15,286 nucleotides of DNA from assembly GCA_016840425.1 (NCBI GenBank), contig JAEOSI010000029.1:1-15286 (forward strand). The letters run 5' to 3'. The notes under the pieces are model-generated. The model made no database searches. It had not been told where the DNA came from and saw nothing but the letters and a program-made list of their open reading frames with translations. Shown in pieces: positions 1-7,531 of the stretch. Numbering within the stretch: the first letter of the stretch is position 1; each line of letters starts with the position of its first letter. The position numbers and the translations under genes are program-made. This stretch comes from Candidatus Wukongarchaeum yapensis. Its GTDB lineage: Archaea > Asgardarchaeota > Wukongarchaeia > Wukongarchaeales > Wukongarchaeaceae.

Positions 1-1
1 A

Positions 2-145
2 AAAAAAGTAATAAAAACAATGTTTTCAGAAGGTTTAGACGGACTTCCCATCATGAACGAAAACAAAGAAAAACTTCTAGGAGCATTAATTAAAAAAGAC
101 GTAATAAGATATTTGGCAAAACAAAGAGGAAAACATCCAGAATAG
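2..145 (+). CDS. C-terminal fragment of a CBS-domain protein (5' end outside window)
   Basis: Frame 2 is open from the window edge and reads KKVIKTMFSEGLDGLPIMNENKEKLLGALIKKDVIRYLAKQRGKHPE*, stop TAG at 143-145. It matches the CBS repeat pattern (LPV.d....l.Giit..D). Confidence 0.75.
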   Translation, partial: KKVIKTMFSEGLDGLPIMNENKEKLLGALIKKDVIRYLAKQRGKHPE

Positions 146-357
146 AAACACAAAATAGAAAGATGAAGGTTTTAAATTAAAAATTAGATATTTAAAAAAC
201 CATTTTTAGACACACAAAAGCTTAAAAACAGAAAAAACAAAAAACAACAAGCAAAAAATTCATAAACAATATAAAAATACACAAATAAGAACATAAGCGA
301 GCGCAATAAAAAACACAAAAAACACAAAAAACTTAAAAAAAGCTTAAAAACAAAAAT

Positions 358-362
358 GGAGG
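358..362 (+). promoter_or_regulatory. Shine-Dalgarno (GGAGG) for alba
   Basis: GGAGG lies 8 nt upstream of ATG 371, supporting 371 rather than 464 as the alba start. Confidence 0.75.
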
Positions 363-370
363 CATGACAC

Positions 371-697
371 ATGGCAAAAGAAAGAAGCGGTGCTGATAAT
401 ATCGTATTCATAGGAAACAAGCCGGTAAAGAGCTAGCGGGATAATATCTTCGCTGTTCGCCGTATGAATTATGTGATGGCTGCATTGCAATTGCACATGC
501 AGGGAAATGACACGGTTATTTTAAAGGCGCGAGGTAGAGCTATCTCACATGCCGTAGATGTTGCAGAGATTACGCGCAATAGGTTTTTGACAGAGTTCGA
601 AGTGAAGAATATTGAGATCGGCACAGAAGTTGTAGAGAATGAGAATAGGAAAAGCAATGTATCGGCGATTAGCATAACGCTTGGAAAGAAATCGTAG
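371..697 (+). CDS. albA: DNA/RNA-binding chromatin protein Alba, spliced: join(371..428,465..697), 96 aa
   Basis: Exon 1 reads [19 protein letters not shown]; exon 2 reads [10 protein letters not shown]...[18 protein letters not shown]...IEIGTE...NVSAISITL. Joining them gives the Alba signature IG(N/K)KPVMNYV...[14 protein letters not shown]. 58+233=291 nt, or 96 codons plus stop. Confidence 0.93.
429..464 (+). other. 36-nt archaeal BHB (tRNA-endonuclease-type) intron in alba
   Basis: Central helix C423-G462, G424-C461, G425-C460, U426.G459. 3-nt bulges AAA(427-429) and UAU(463-465), closed by C422-G466 outside and G430-C458 inside. The intron forms a hairpin over 430-458 and contains an in-frame TAG at 434-436. 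Cleavage after the 2nd nt of each bulge gives CCG GTA A|TG AAT (P-V-M-N). Confidence 0.88.
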
Positions 698-834
698 ACG
701 CTGGAGTTTTTTAGTTGGCTTGGGTTGGGCGGATGTCCTCTGGTGTTTTGTTACACTGGTAGGGTCTCCTACCCCCTATTGTTATTTTTCATTTTTCCTG
801 TTTTTTCGTTTTTTAGTGCAGGTTTTCGTTATTT

Positions 835-1602
835 TTATTTTTCTTTTAAGAGTGTTTTTAGGGTTGTAAGGGTTTCTTTGGCTTCGTTTTTGCTTGTTAT
901 TCCTACGGCTATTGCTTTTACGTTTTTTTGCATTATAGCATGTTTTAGGGCTTCTTTTATGGTTGTTTTGGATTCTACTAGGGTTTTCATTGCTATGACT
1001 GTTTTTTTCGTTTTTTCGATCCATTGTAGTACTTTTGGGGTGTCTTTTTCGGTTAGGTAGCCAGAAATGTTTATGGGAAGCATTATAAGTCCATATTTTA
1101 ACTCTTCGTAGTTTTTGTCGAGCCATGGGAGGGTTTTTGCGGGTTCGTGGCTAACTAGTCCGGGAGTTATGCCTGTTTCTTTTATTTTGTTGATCCATTT
1201 CTTTAGAAGGTAGGGGTTGCGTTTGTCAGTAATAGCCCCGTGTATCAGGATGGCTTGTGGGTCTAGTGATTCTAAGGTTTCTAAGCTTTCTTTAATATTG
1301 TTGGGTAATAGAGATCCAACTATTGCAATTTTTACGTTTGTTTCTTTTCTTGCCATTTCGATAGCCTCGACTATGGTTGGGAAAGGTATTAGCTGTACTG
1401 CAGGAACGCCAAGTTTTACAGCTTCTATAAATATTTCAGCCATCTTTTCTGGATAGTTTAGAAATTTTTCTCTGTATAAGTAGGCTTTTTCTTTAAATTG
1501 TCCTGCGCCAAAAAAGGGGGAAGTGCCGATAAAAACGCTTGGAAGAATAGTTTTTTCTGCTTTTATGAGGGGTACTTGTGATTGTTCTTGGAAAGGTTTC
1601 AA
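835..1602 (-). CDS. Aldo/keto reductase-like (TIM-barrel) conserved archaeal protein, 255 aa
   Basis: Long ORF containing IGTSPFFGAGQF, ILIHG, GLVSHEP, MLPIN..GY and VIAMKTL, which follow the AKR-like layout (GxsH, PxN, iAMK). TTG start is uncertain. Confidence 0.7.
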   Translation of the reverse strand: MKPFQEQSQVPLIKAEKTILPSVFIGTSPFFGAGQFKEKAYLYREKFLNYPEKMAEIFIEAVKLGVPAVQLIPFPTIVEAIEMARKETNVKIAIVGSLLPNNIKESLETLESLDPQAILIHGAITDKRNPYLLKKWINKIKETGITPGLVSHEPAKTLPWLDKNYEELKYGLIMLPINISGYLTEKDTPKVLQWIEKTKKTVIAMKTLVESKTTIKEALKHAIMQKNVKAIAVGITSKNEAKETLTTLKTLLKEK

Positions 1603-1772
1603 GTTTTATTTACATCCTTTTGTTTTGGTGTTTTTAAAGAGGGTGCAATCTTTTTTAAATTCTCTTTGTATTAGTGTCAAAAAATTTCAAAAAGTAGAAT
1701 TTTACTTATAGAATGATTGAATGAATTGGTTGATAGGGAAATTTAGTTTGGTTGTTTGGTTGGTGTGTGTTT

Positions 1773-2618
1773 GTGAGTTTTTCTGAGGAGAAGGTTACTG
1801 TTTTGAGTTTGCAGGAGATGAAAAGGGTTGGGAGAAAGATTGTGATGTTGACTGCTTATGATTATCCTACGGCTTTGATTTTGGATGAGGTTGGGGTGGA
1901 TATTGTTCTTGTAGGTGATACTTTGGGGATGGTTGTTTTGGGGTATGAGACTACGCTTCCGGTTACTATGGAGGATTTGTTGAGGCATTGTCAGGCAGTT
2001 AGACGGGGGGTTAAGCGGGCGCTTCTTGTTGCGGATATGCCTTTTATGTCTTTTAATGTGAGTGAGGAGAAGGCGATAGAGAATGCGGGAAGGCTTGTTA
2101 AGGAGGGGGGTGCGGAAGCAGTTAAGGTGGAAGCGGGTCAGGTTACTGAGAGGGCTATAAAGGCGATATCTGGGGCGGGTATACCTGTGATGGGGCATGT
2201 GGGTTTGACGCCTCAGCGGATTCATGCTTTGGGTGGTTTTAAGGTGCAAGGTAGGAATGTGGAGGCGGCGAGGGAAGTTATAGAGGAGGCGAAGAGGCAA
2301 GAGGAGGCGGGAGCTTTTGCGGTGGTGGTTGAAAGTGTTCCATGGCAGGTTGGGAAGGTTATTACAGAAGAGTTAGAGGTGCCAACTATGGGGATTGGGG
2401 CGGGTGTTTATTGTGATGGTCAGGTTCTTGTGCTTCATGATATGTTAGGTTTGTTTGAGAGGTTTTTGCCGAGATTTGTCAAGAGGTATGCTAATTTGAA
2501 GGAGGAGATAAAAAAAGCGGTTTTGAAATATAAAGAGGAGGTGGTGGAGGGGAGGTTTCCGGACAAGGAGCATAGTTATGAAATGCCGGAGGAAGAGGTA
2601 AAAAAGTTTTTAGGATGA
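1773..2618 (+). CDS. panB: 3-methyl-2-oxobutanoate hydroxymethyltransferase
   Basis: Motifs MLTAYDY, LVGDTLGM, ADMPFMS, VKVEAG, GHVGLTPQ, GAGVYCDGQVLV and PRFVKRY. GTG 1773 is preferred to the track's TTG 1752 because homology begins near EKVTV. Confidence 0.95.
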   Translation: MSFSEEKVTVLSLQEMKRVGRKIVMLTAYDYPTALILDEVGVDIVLVGDTLGMVVLGYETTLPVTMEDLLRHCQAVRRGVKRALLVADMPFMSFNVSEEKAIENAGRLVKEGGAEAVKVEAGQVTERAIKAISGAGIPVMGHVGLTPQRIHALGGFKVQGRNVEAAREVIEEAKRQEEAGAFAVVVESVPWQVGKVITEELEVPTMGIGAGVYCDGQVLVLHDMLGLFERFLPRFVKRYANLKEEIKKAVLKYKEEVVEGRFPDKEHSYEMPEEEVKKFLG

Positions 2619-2763
2619 TAGATAAGGGGGTTAAGTTATAACTGATGTGGCTTATATTGGGTTATTGGAATAGATTATTAGGGCAATAAAACGCCGAAAC
2701 TCAAAGATGGTTCTTTTTTTTCGGGAATTCTCCCTTTAATAGTGAAGAAGGATACCATAAAAT

Positions 2764-2779
2764 TTTTATAATTATAAAA
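2764..2779. promoter_or_regulatory. Perfect 16-bp palindrome TTTTATAATTATAAAA containing TATA-like boxes on both strands
   Basis: The palindrome is seen directly. TTTATA at 2765-2770 sits about 23 nt upstream of the GC-rich stem starting at 2793. Confidence 0.45.
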
Positions 2780-2792
2780 TATTATTTGTCAT

Positions 2793-2842
2793 GGCGCACC
2801 TAGTTTATGCTTAATAGGCGGATTTTTATTTCCAGGTGCGCC
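2793..2842 (+). ncRNA. Candidate small structured RNA or 5' leader element of unknown family
   Basis: Perfect 9-bp GC-rich terminal stem GGCGCACCT/AGGTGCGCC in AT-rich intergenic DNA, with a TATA-like box upstream and a long pyrimidine tract downstream. Confidence 0.3.
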
Positions 2843-2946
2843 CTCCCTCCCCCTTTACTTCTACTATTTTTTCTTGGTTTATACGGAGATATTTTTAATG
2901 GAGGGGTGTTTTTGTTTTTTTATTAAGGTTTTTTAGAGGGTGAATT

Positions 2947-3744
2947 ATGAGTAAATCTCTTTCGCGTACTGTTTCTGTGAATGTTGTTAGGTTTAATTTA
3001 CGGACAGAGGAAAAAAGAAAGGTTTTGGATGAAGTGGCTGTTGAGGTCCCTGTTAATATTTTTGTTGGAGGGGAGCATTTTGTTACGCTTCTTGCTTTGC
3101 CAGAGTTTATAGAAGAATTGGGTGTGGGGCATCTTTTTTCCGAGGGGGTTGTTAAGTCGGTTAGTGATGTTTTAGATGTGAGGGTTGAGGATAACAATGT
3201 TTATTTATCGATTAAGGAAGGAGCTGTACGTGTTAAAGCTTCGCGGGTTTTGAGGCTTATTACGACGGCTTGTGGGTCGAGTAGTGATTATTTGAAGCTT
3301 CTTGATAGTATGGATAAGCCTTTAGTAGTTTCTGATGCAGAAGTTTTAGGGGAGGACGTTTTAAAGATGAGAAATTTATTGACGGAAAATACGGTTGTTT
3401 TCAAACGTACTGGAGGGACTCATGGGGCTGGGGTTTTTACTTTAGATGGAGAGCTTATTGCGTGTGCTGAGGATGTAGGTAGGCATAATGCGGTGGATAA
3501 GGTTATTGGAATTTGTGCTTTGAAAGGAGTAGATTTCTCGAGGGCTGTTATTTTTAGTACGGGGAGGATGAGCGCTGAGATGGTTCTTAAGGCGGCGAGG
3601 GTTGGTATTCCTATTGTGGCTTCTTTGAGCGCTCCTTTAAATTCGGGCGTAATTTTTGCTGACCGTTCAGGGGTTACTCTTATTTGTTTTGTGAGAGGGC
3701 ATCGTTTTAATATCTATACGCATGAAAACAGGGTTATCAGTTAG
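2947..3744 (+). CDS. fdhD: Formate dehydrogenase accessory sulfurtransferase FdhD
   Basis: Motifs VAVEVPV, GHLFSEG, TGGTHGAG, EDVGRHNAVDKVIG, TGRMSAEMV.KA and SAP...G..FA. Confidence 0.93.
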   Translation: MSKSLSRTVSVNVVRFNLRTEEKRKVLDEVAVEVPVNIFVGGEHFVTLLALPEFIEELGVGHLFSEGVVKSVSDVLDVRVEDNNVYLSIKEGAVRVKASRVLRLITTACGSSSDYLKLLDSMDKPLVVSDAEVLGEDVLKMRNLLTENTVVFKRTGGTHGAGVFTLDGELIACAEDVGRHNAVDKVIGICALKGVDFSRAVIFSTGRMSAEMVLKAARVGIPIVASLSAPLNSGVIFADRSGVTLICFVRGHRFNIYTHENRVIS

Positions 3745-3777
3745 AAATAAATGAAATTTTGCTGATTTTGAGGTTTT

Positions 3778-4212
3778 TTGTTGAAAAATCAAAAAAGTCT
3801 TGATTCAAAAAGATTTGAACTCATCAAAAAGAGAAAGATTTTAGAGAAGATTATTGATAAAATTTTATCCTTTGAAGAGGAAGTTGAAGGTTATATTGAT
3901 GTTGTGATTTGTGAAGGGAAGAAAGATGCTGATGCGATTAGAAGTTTGAACTGGGCGGTTGAAATAGTTACTTTGGAGGGGAAGCCTTTGGTAGGGGTTG
4001 CAGATGAGATTTCTAAGGAGTATAGGAGGGTTTTGGTTTTAACGGATTTTGATGAAAAGGGGCAAATTTTAGCGAAAAAGATTTCGAAGTTTCTTCTGGG
4101 GAGAAGTAAGGTTGATTGGAGACTAAGAAATAAGATGAAGCGTATTTTAAAACCATTTTTGAGGATTGAAGAAATATCTTTGATTTTAGGGACAAGTATG
4201 ATAGATTTTTAA
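3778..4212 (+). CDS. Small stand-alone Toprim-domain protein (UPF0292/RNase M5-like)
   Basis: Toprim motifs ICEGKKD and LTDFD..G; 144 aa. Start is TTG at 3778 or 3781. Confidence 0.85.
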   Translation: MLKNQKSLDSKRFELIKKRKILEKIIDKILSFEEEVEGYIDVVICEGKKDADAIRSLNWAVEIVTLEGKPLVGVADEISKEYRRVLVLTDFDEKGQILAKKISKFLLGRSKVDWRLRNKMKRILKPFLRIEEISLILGTSMIDF

Positions 4213-4235
4213 ACAATATTATGGTTTCTCTTTTT

Positions 4236-5273
4236 ATGAAATTAGTTATTCTTGGCGGCGGTTTCTGTGGCGCTTTGATCGCTAGGAAATTGGATAAGCG
4301 TAAGGAAATAGAAATCACTCTAATTGATAAGAAAACCTATTTTGAATACACGCCAAGTATTCACAAGGTCATCTTTGATCCGTGTTATCTCCAGAAAATA
4401 ACTATTCCTTTTTCTTATTTTTTGAAGCGCAGTCGAATAGTAAAGAGTAGTTTATTGCAAGTTACTCCTGAATTTGTTGAAACTGAGAAGGAAAAAATCG
4501 ATTTTGACTATTTGGTTATTTCAACAGGCATTGAATACCCCATCTTTCTTGAAGACAAGAAAAACGTTTTCACATTAAAGTCTGGTATTGAGGCTGTCAA
4601 AATGAGTGCTAAAGTTTTGGATGCTGAACGTATTTTGATCATTGGTGGTGGTTTGATTGGTACTGAAATAGCAGGGGAATTAGCGACAAAAACAGAGGAT
4701 AAGCGTGTAATTATTGTGCATCCACATGATCGTTTAATTGAGCGAAATCCGGTAAAAGCTTCACATTATGCTCAAAATTTTTTAGAAAAAAGTGGAGTTC
4801 AGATTATTTTTGGTGAAAAGGTTGTTGATCACAAAGATGGGGTTTTTATAACGAACAAAGGTAGGATTATTGAAGCAGATGTTGGTATTTGGTGTGCTGG
4901 TATTAGATGGAATCCGTTTTTTATGAAGGGGTTTCCTAAGTCAGTTTTTACGGATAAAAATGCGTTAAAAGTGAATAAATATTTGCAGTTGAAAGGTTAT
5001 TCAAATATATTTGTAGGGGGCGATATTAATAGTATTCCGGAGGAAAAAACTGCGCAGAATGCCGAGCAACACGCTCATTTGATAGTAAAGAATTTAGAAC
5101 GGCTGAAAAAAAATCGGCCATTAATCGCTTATAAACCTAGGAATGGACCCTTACTCATCAGTTTGGGTGATTGGACTGGCATTATGACGTTTAGAAGACT
5201 TGGCATTACCGGTTTATTCCCTGGAATTCTGAAATGGTTTGTAGAATGGTGGGTTTTAAGACAATATAAGTGA
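4236..5273 (+). CDS. FAD/NAD(P)-dependent pyridine nucleotide-disulfide oxidoreductase (NDH-2/AIFM2-like)
   Basis: Two Rossmann motifs (ILGGGFCG and IIGGGLIGTEIAGE), plus YLVISTG, WCAG and FVGGDI. ATG 4236 begins the first beta strand (MKLVILG); the ORF track start is 4221. Confidence 0.88.
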   Translation: MKLVILGGGFCGALIARKLDKRKEIEITLIDKKTYFEYTPSIHKVIFDPCYLQKITIPFSYFLKRSRIVKSSLLQVTPEFVETEKEKIDFDYLVISTGIEYPIFLEDKKNVFTLKSGIEAVKMSAKVLDAERILIIGGGLIGTEIAGELATKTEDKRVIIVHPHDRLIERNPVKASHYAQNFLEKSGVQIIFGEKVVDHKDGVFITNKGRIIEADVGIWCAGIRWNPFFMKGFPKSVFTDKNALKVNKYLQLKGYSNIFVGGDINSIPEEKTAQNAEQHAHLIVKNLERLKKNRPLIAYKPRNGPLLISLGDWTGIMTFRRLGITGLFPGILKWFVEWWVLRQYK

Positions 5274-5470
5274 GATTATTAAAAAGTAAGTTCGCTATTA
5301 ACCGATATATTCGTGATCAAATAAGAACACAAAAAAAGAGAAAAAGAGAAAAGTTTCAGAATCAATAATATAATATTATTGTATAAGGTATGTAATAGAG
5401 CATTAACGATTATGTTTAAGGTTTTTATTAGTTTAAAATTGATTTTATTATAGCTAATTTTTGTTGTTAG

Positions 5471-7531
5471 TTGCGTGGAGATGGTTATTTGAAAAAAAGG
5501 AGGAGTTTTTCTTTATTTTTTTCTTTTCTTTTGTTTTCAGTGGTTATTTTAACTGGCTTTACTAATCCGGTGAATGTTGAAGGATTGGATGATAGTGTTC
5601 CAGCTATTGGTGCTGATAGGTGTTGGGAAAATTTGGACATTACGGGGGGAGGGGTAAAGGTGGGGATAATTGATACAGGGATTGATTGGAAGATACCTGA
5701 CTTTTATAAGCCTGATGGTGGCACATACGATTTAAAAACTTATACCATAGGCAGTGAACAGTATTATTATGTTGATATGAATGAGAATGGGATTAAGGAC
5801 TTTGGAGAATCTTTACTTTGGGTTGCTTTCGACGCATCGTCAGGATACTTGCCAGATAAGGATTGGCTCGTGAGGGATGAGAATGAAGATTCGGATTGGG
5901 CTTTAGGAGAAGAAGATGCTTTTCTTTGGGATGGAAGTAGTAGCGTTGTTACGAGGCTGGGAACTTGTAAAGTGTGGAAGATTTGGGACCAGTCTACTGG
6001 AAGCTACTGGCATCGTGGTGTTAATCTCACTTATGACGATCCTTTTGGCAATTCAACTGAGACAGATTATGATGGTCATGGAACACATGTTGCAAGCATC
6101 GTATGTGGTGGCCAAATATCACCTGTAAGAAGGGAGTATGTTGGCGTGGCCCCTGATGCTGAAATAATCTTTGTTAAAGTCGGTAGACCGGGCTCATATA
6201 CGTGGGATGACGCTATAAAAGATGTTATAGATGGTATAAAGTATTGCGTGAATGCGGGAGCAGATGTTATATCTATAAGTTTGGGTTTTGAGACGTGGCA
6301 GTTTTGGGACGGATCAGATGACGTGGATAGAGCAGTAGAATGGGCGTATAGTAGGGGGGTGCCCTGCGTTGTTGCTGCTTCAAATCAGGCGGATAATGAA
6401 CAACATTGGTATTACCCCTCAGTTACAAATAATAGTAGGATAGGGTTTATGGTTGAAGGGGATACTATTTATGATGAAGTTCTTTTCACGATTTTATGGC
6501 GTAATAAAGCTACGAGCATGAATTTCACCCTCCATAATCCCTCAGGAGGAAGCGTAGCGATTTCTCTTCCCTCTTCACCACAAAATACTACCTGGCAGAC
6601 AGGATTGTTAGTTGGAGGGGGTTGGACAGCCTATACGATGGAGTATAGGCAGAAGGTTTCTCCAAGGGACACCGTTCGTGTAGATGTGAATATTACGAGG
6701 GATGGTTCGGATATAGAGACAGGGAATTGGTATTTTAATGTTAGTGAGATTTCGGATGAGGAGTCGGTTCATGCAGTTGCGTATGACTATAGGAGTTATA
6801 ATGTTACGATGCTTGATCATGTTACACCACATTATACTTTGACATCTCCTGCTACAGCAGATCACGCGATAACAGTGGCTTCTTATAACACGTATCTTCC
6901 TGAAGGTTATCCGGGGGATGTGGGAGATATTTCCTTTTTTAGTAGTGTGGGACCGAGGATAGATGGTGGTAAAACTGTTACAATAACTGCACCTGGCATG
7001 TTTGTTTTTGCCTCTGTTTCTAATGATGCGGATTATGGACAAGGTAGTGGACTTATTGGTTGGGTTGGTTATGCGGGGACTAGTCAGGCTACACCTCATG
7101 TTGCAGGAACTATAGCGCTTATGTTGGAAGGAAACAATACTTTGAAAGGACGCCCTGCTGATGTTTACAAGATTTTGATAAACAACACGATAGTTGATGA
7201 ATATGTAGAGAATGAGGGGAGTGTTCCTAATGATTATTGGGGTTACGGGAAGCTTGATGCTTATAATTCGGTTAGAAGGTCTATGGGAATGGAGAGAGTG
7301 GAGTGGTGGACAGGTGACGGGGATGACGAAGTTAGTTTTGAGGATATTTTAAGCGTTTTGATAGTGATGGCCTTGTTTATCGGGTTTGTGTGGATGATTG
7401 CCAGGAGGAGGAGGAGGAGAGGAAAGGAATATTATTATTCCAGACCTTCTGTGGCTTATTGTTGGAATTGCGGAGCAAGCTTGAGCCCAGATCAAAAATA
7501 TTGTACTCATTGTGGAAATAAGTTGAGGTGA
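5471..7531 (+). CDS. Membrane-anchored S8 (subtilisin-family) serine protease with C-terminal zinc ribbon
   Basis: Catalytic triad D68 (IIDTG), H203 (DGHGTHVAS) and S538 (GTSQATPHVAG); oxyanion N305 (AASN). N-terminal signal or anchor; C-terminal TM helix, then RRRRRR, then CxxC-x10-CxxC. The true start may be TTG 5489, downstream of GGAGATGGT. Confidence 0.92.
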   Translation: MRGDGYLKKRRSFSLFFSFLLFSVVILTGFTNPVNVEGLDDSVPAIGADRCWENLDITGGGVKVGIIDTGIDWKIPDFYKPDGGTYDLKTYTIGSEQYYYVDMNENGIKDFGESLLWVAFDASSGYLPDKDWLVRDENEDSDWALGEEDAFLWDGSSSVVTRLGTCKVWKIWDQSTGSYWHRGVNLTYDDPFGNSTETDYDGHGTHVASIVCGGQISPVRREYVGVAPDAEIIFVKVGRPGSYTWDDAIKDVIDGIKYCVNAGADVISISLGFETWQFWDGSDDVDRAVEWAYSRGVPCVVAASNQADNEQHWYYPSVTNNSRIGFMVEGDTIYDEVLFTILWRNKATSMNFTLHNPSGGSVAISLPSSPQNTTWQTGLLVGGGWTAYTMEYRQKVSPRDTVRVDVNITRDGSDIETGNWYFNVSEISDEESVHAVAYDYRSYNVTMLDHVTPHYTLTSPATADHAITVASYNTYLPEGYPGDVGDISFFSSVGPRIDGGKTVTITAPGMFVFASVSNDADYGQGSGLIGWVGYAGTSQATPHVAGTIALMLEGNNTLKGRPADVYKILINNTIVDEYVENEGSVPNDYWGYGKLDAYNSVRRSMGMERVEWWTGDGDDEVSFEDILSVLIVMALFIGFVWMIARRRRRRGKEYYYSRPSVAYCWNCGASLSPDQKYCTHCGNKLR

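Noticed and set aside
216-352. Repeats in the A-rich spacer (AAAAGCTTAAAAACA at 216-230 and 338-352; AAAAACAC tandem) as a CRISPR array or iterons
   Set aside because: Only two copies in very low-complexity DNA, with no regular spacing and no cas genes.
434-436. Pyrrolysine or amber read-through as the explanation for the in-frame TAGs in alba (434) and the second trpB2 (14551)
   Set aside because: TAG is a normal stop for several genes here (143, 695, 3742, 9711). Read-through would put 12 extra residues in Alba's conserved loop, whereas BHB splicing restores it exactly. The trpB2 copy is also 5'-truncated and degenerate.
428-463. Alba insert as a pseudogenising insertion or sequencing artefact
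   Set aside because: Both flanks are intact, and the insert has exact BHB geometry with frame-restoring cut sites. Raw reads should still be checked.
464-697. 77-aa ORF as the complete alba gene
   Set aside because: It lacks the conserved N-terminal strand and the G(N/K)KP motif, which are present in frame at 371-427 behind a good Shine-Dalgarno.
184-1126. Track ORFs 184-420, 469-675, 681-869, 725-1060 and 782-1126
   Set aside because: Phe/Leu- or Lys/Asn-rich products of skewed low-complexity DNA, or shadows of real genes, with no recognisable motifs.
1692-1707. Imperfect palindrome AAGTAGAATTTTACTT in the divergent AKR/panB promoter region
   Set aside because: AT-rich, single occurrence and no cognate regulator in the window, so it cannot be distinguished from chance.
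7403-7420. (AGG)5 microsatellite as a phase-variation tract
   Set aside because: It encodes the poly-Arg stop-transfer signal after the TM helix, and a triplet slip would not shift the frame.
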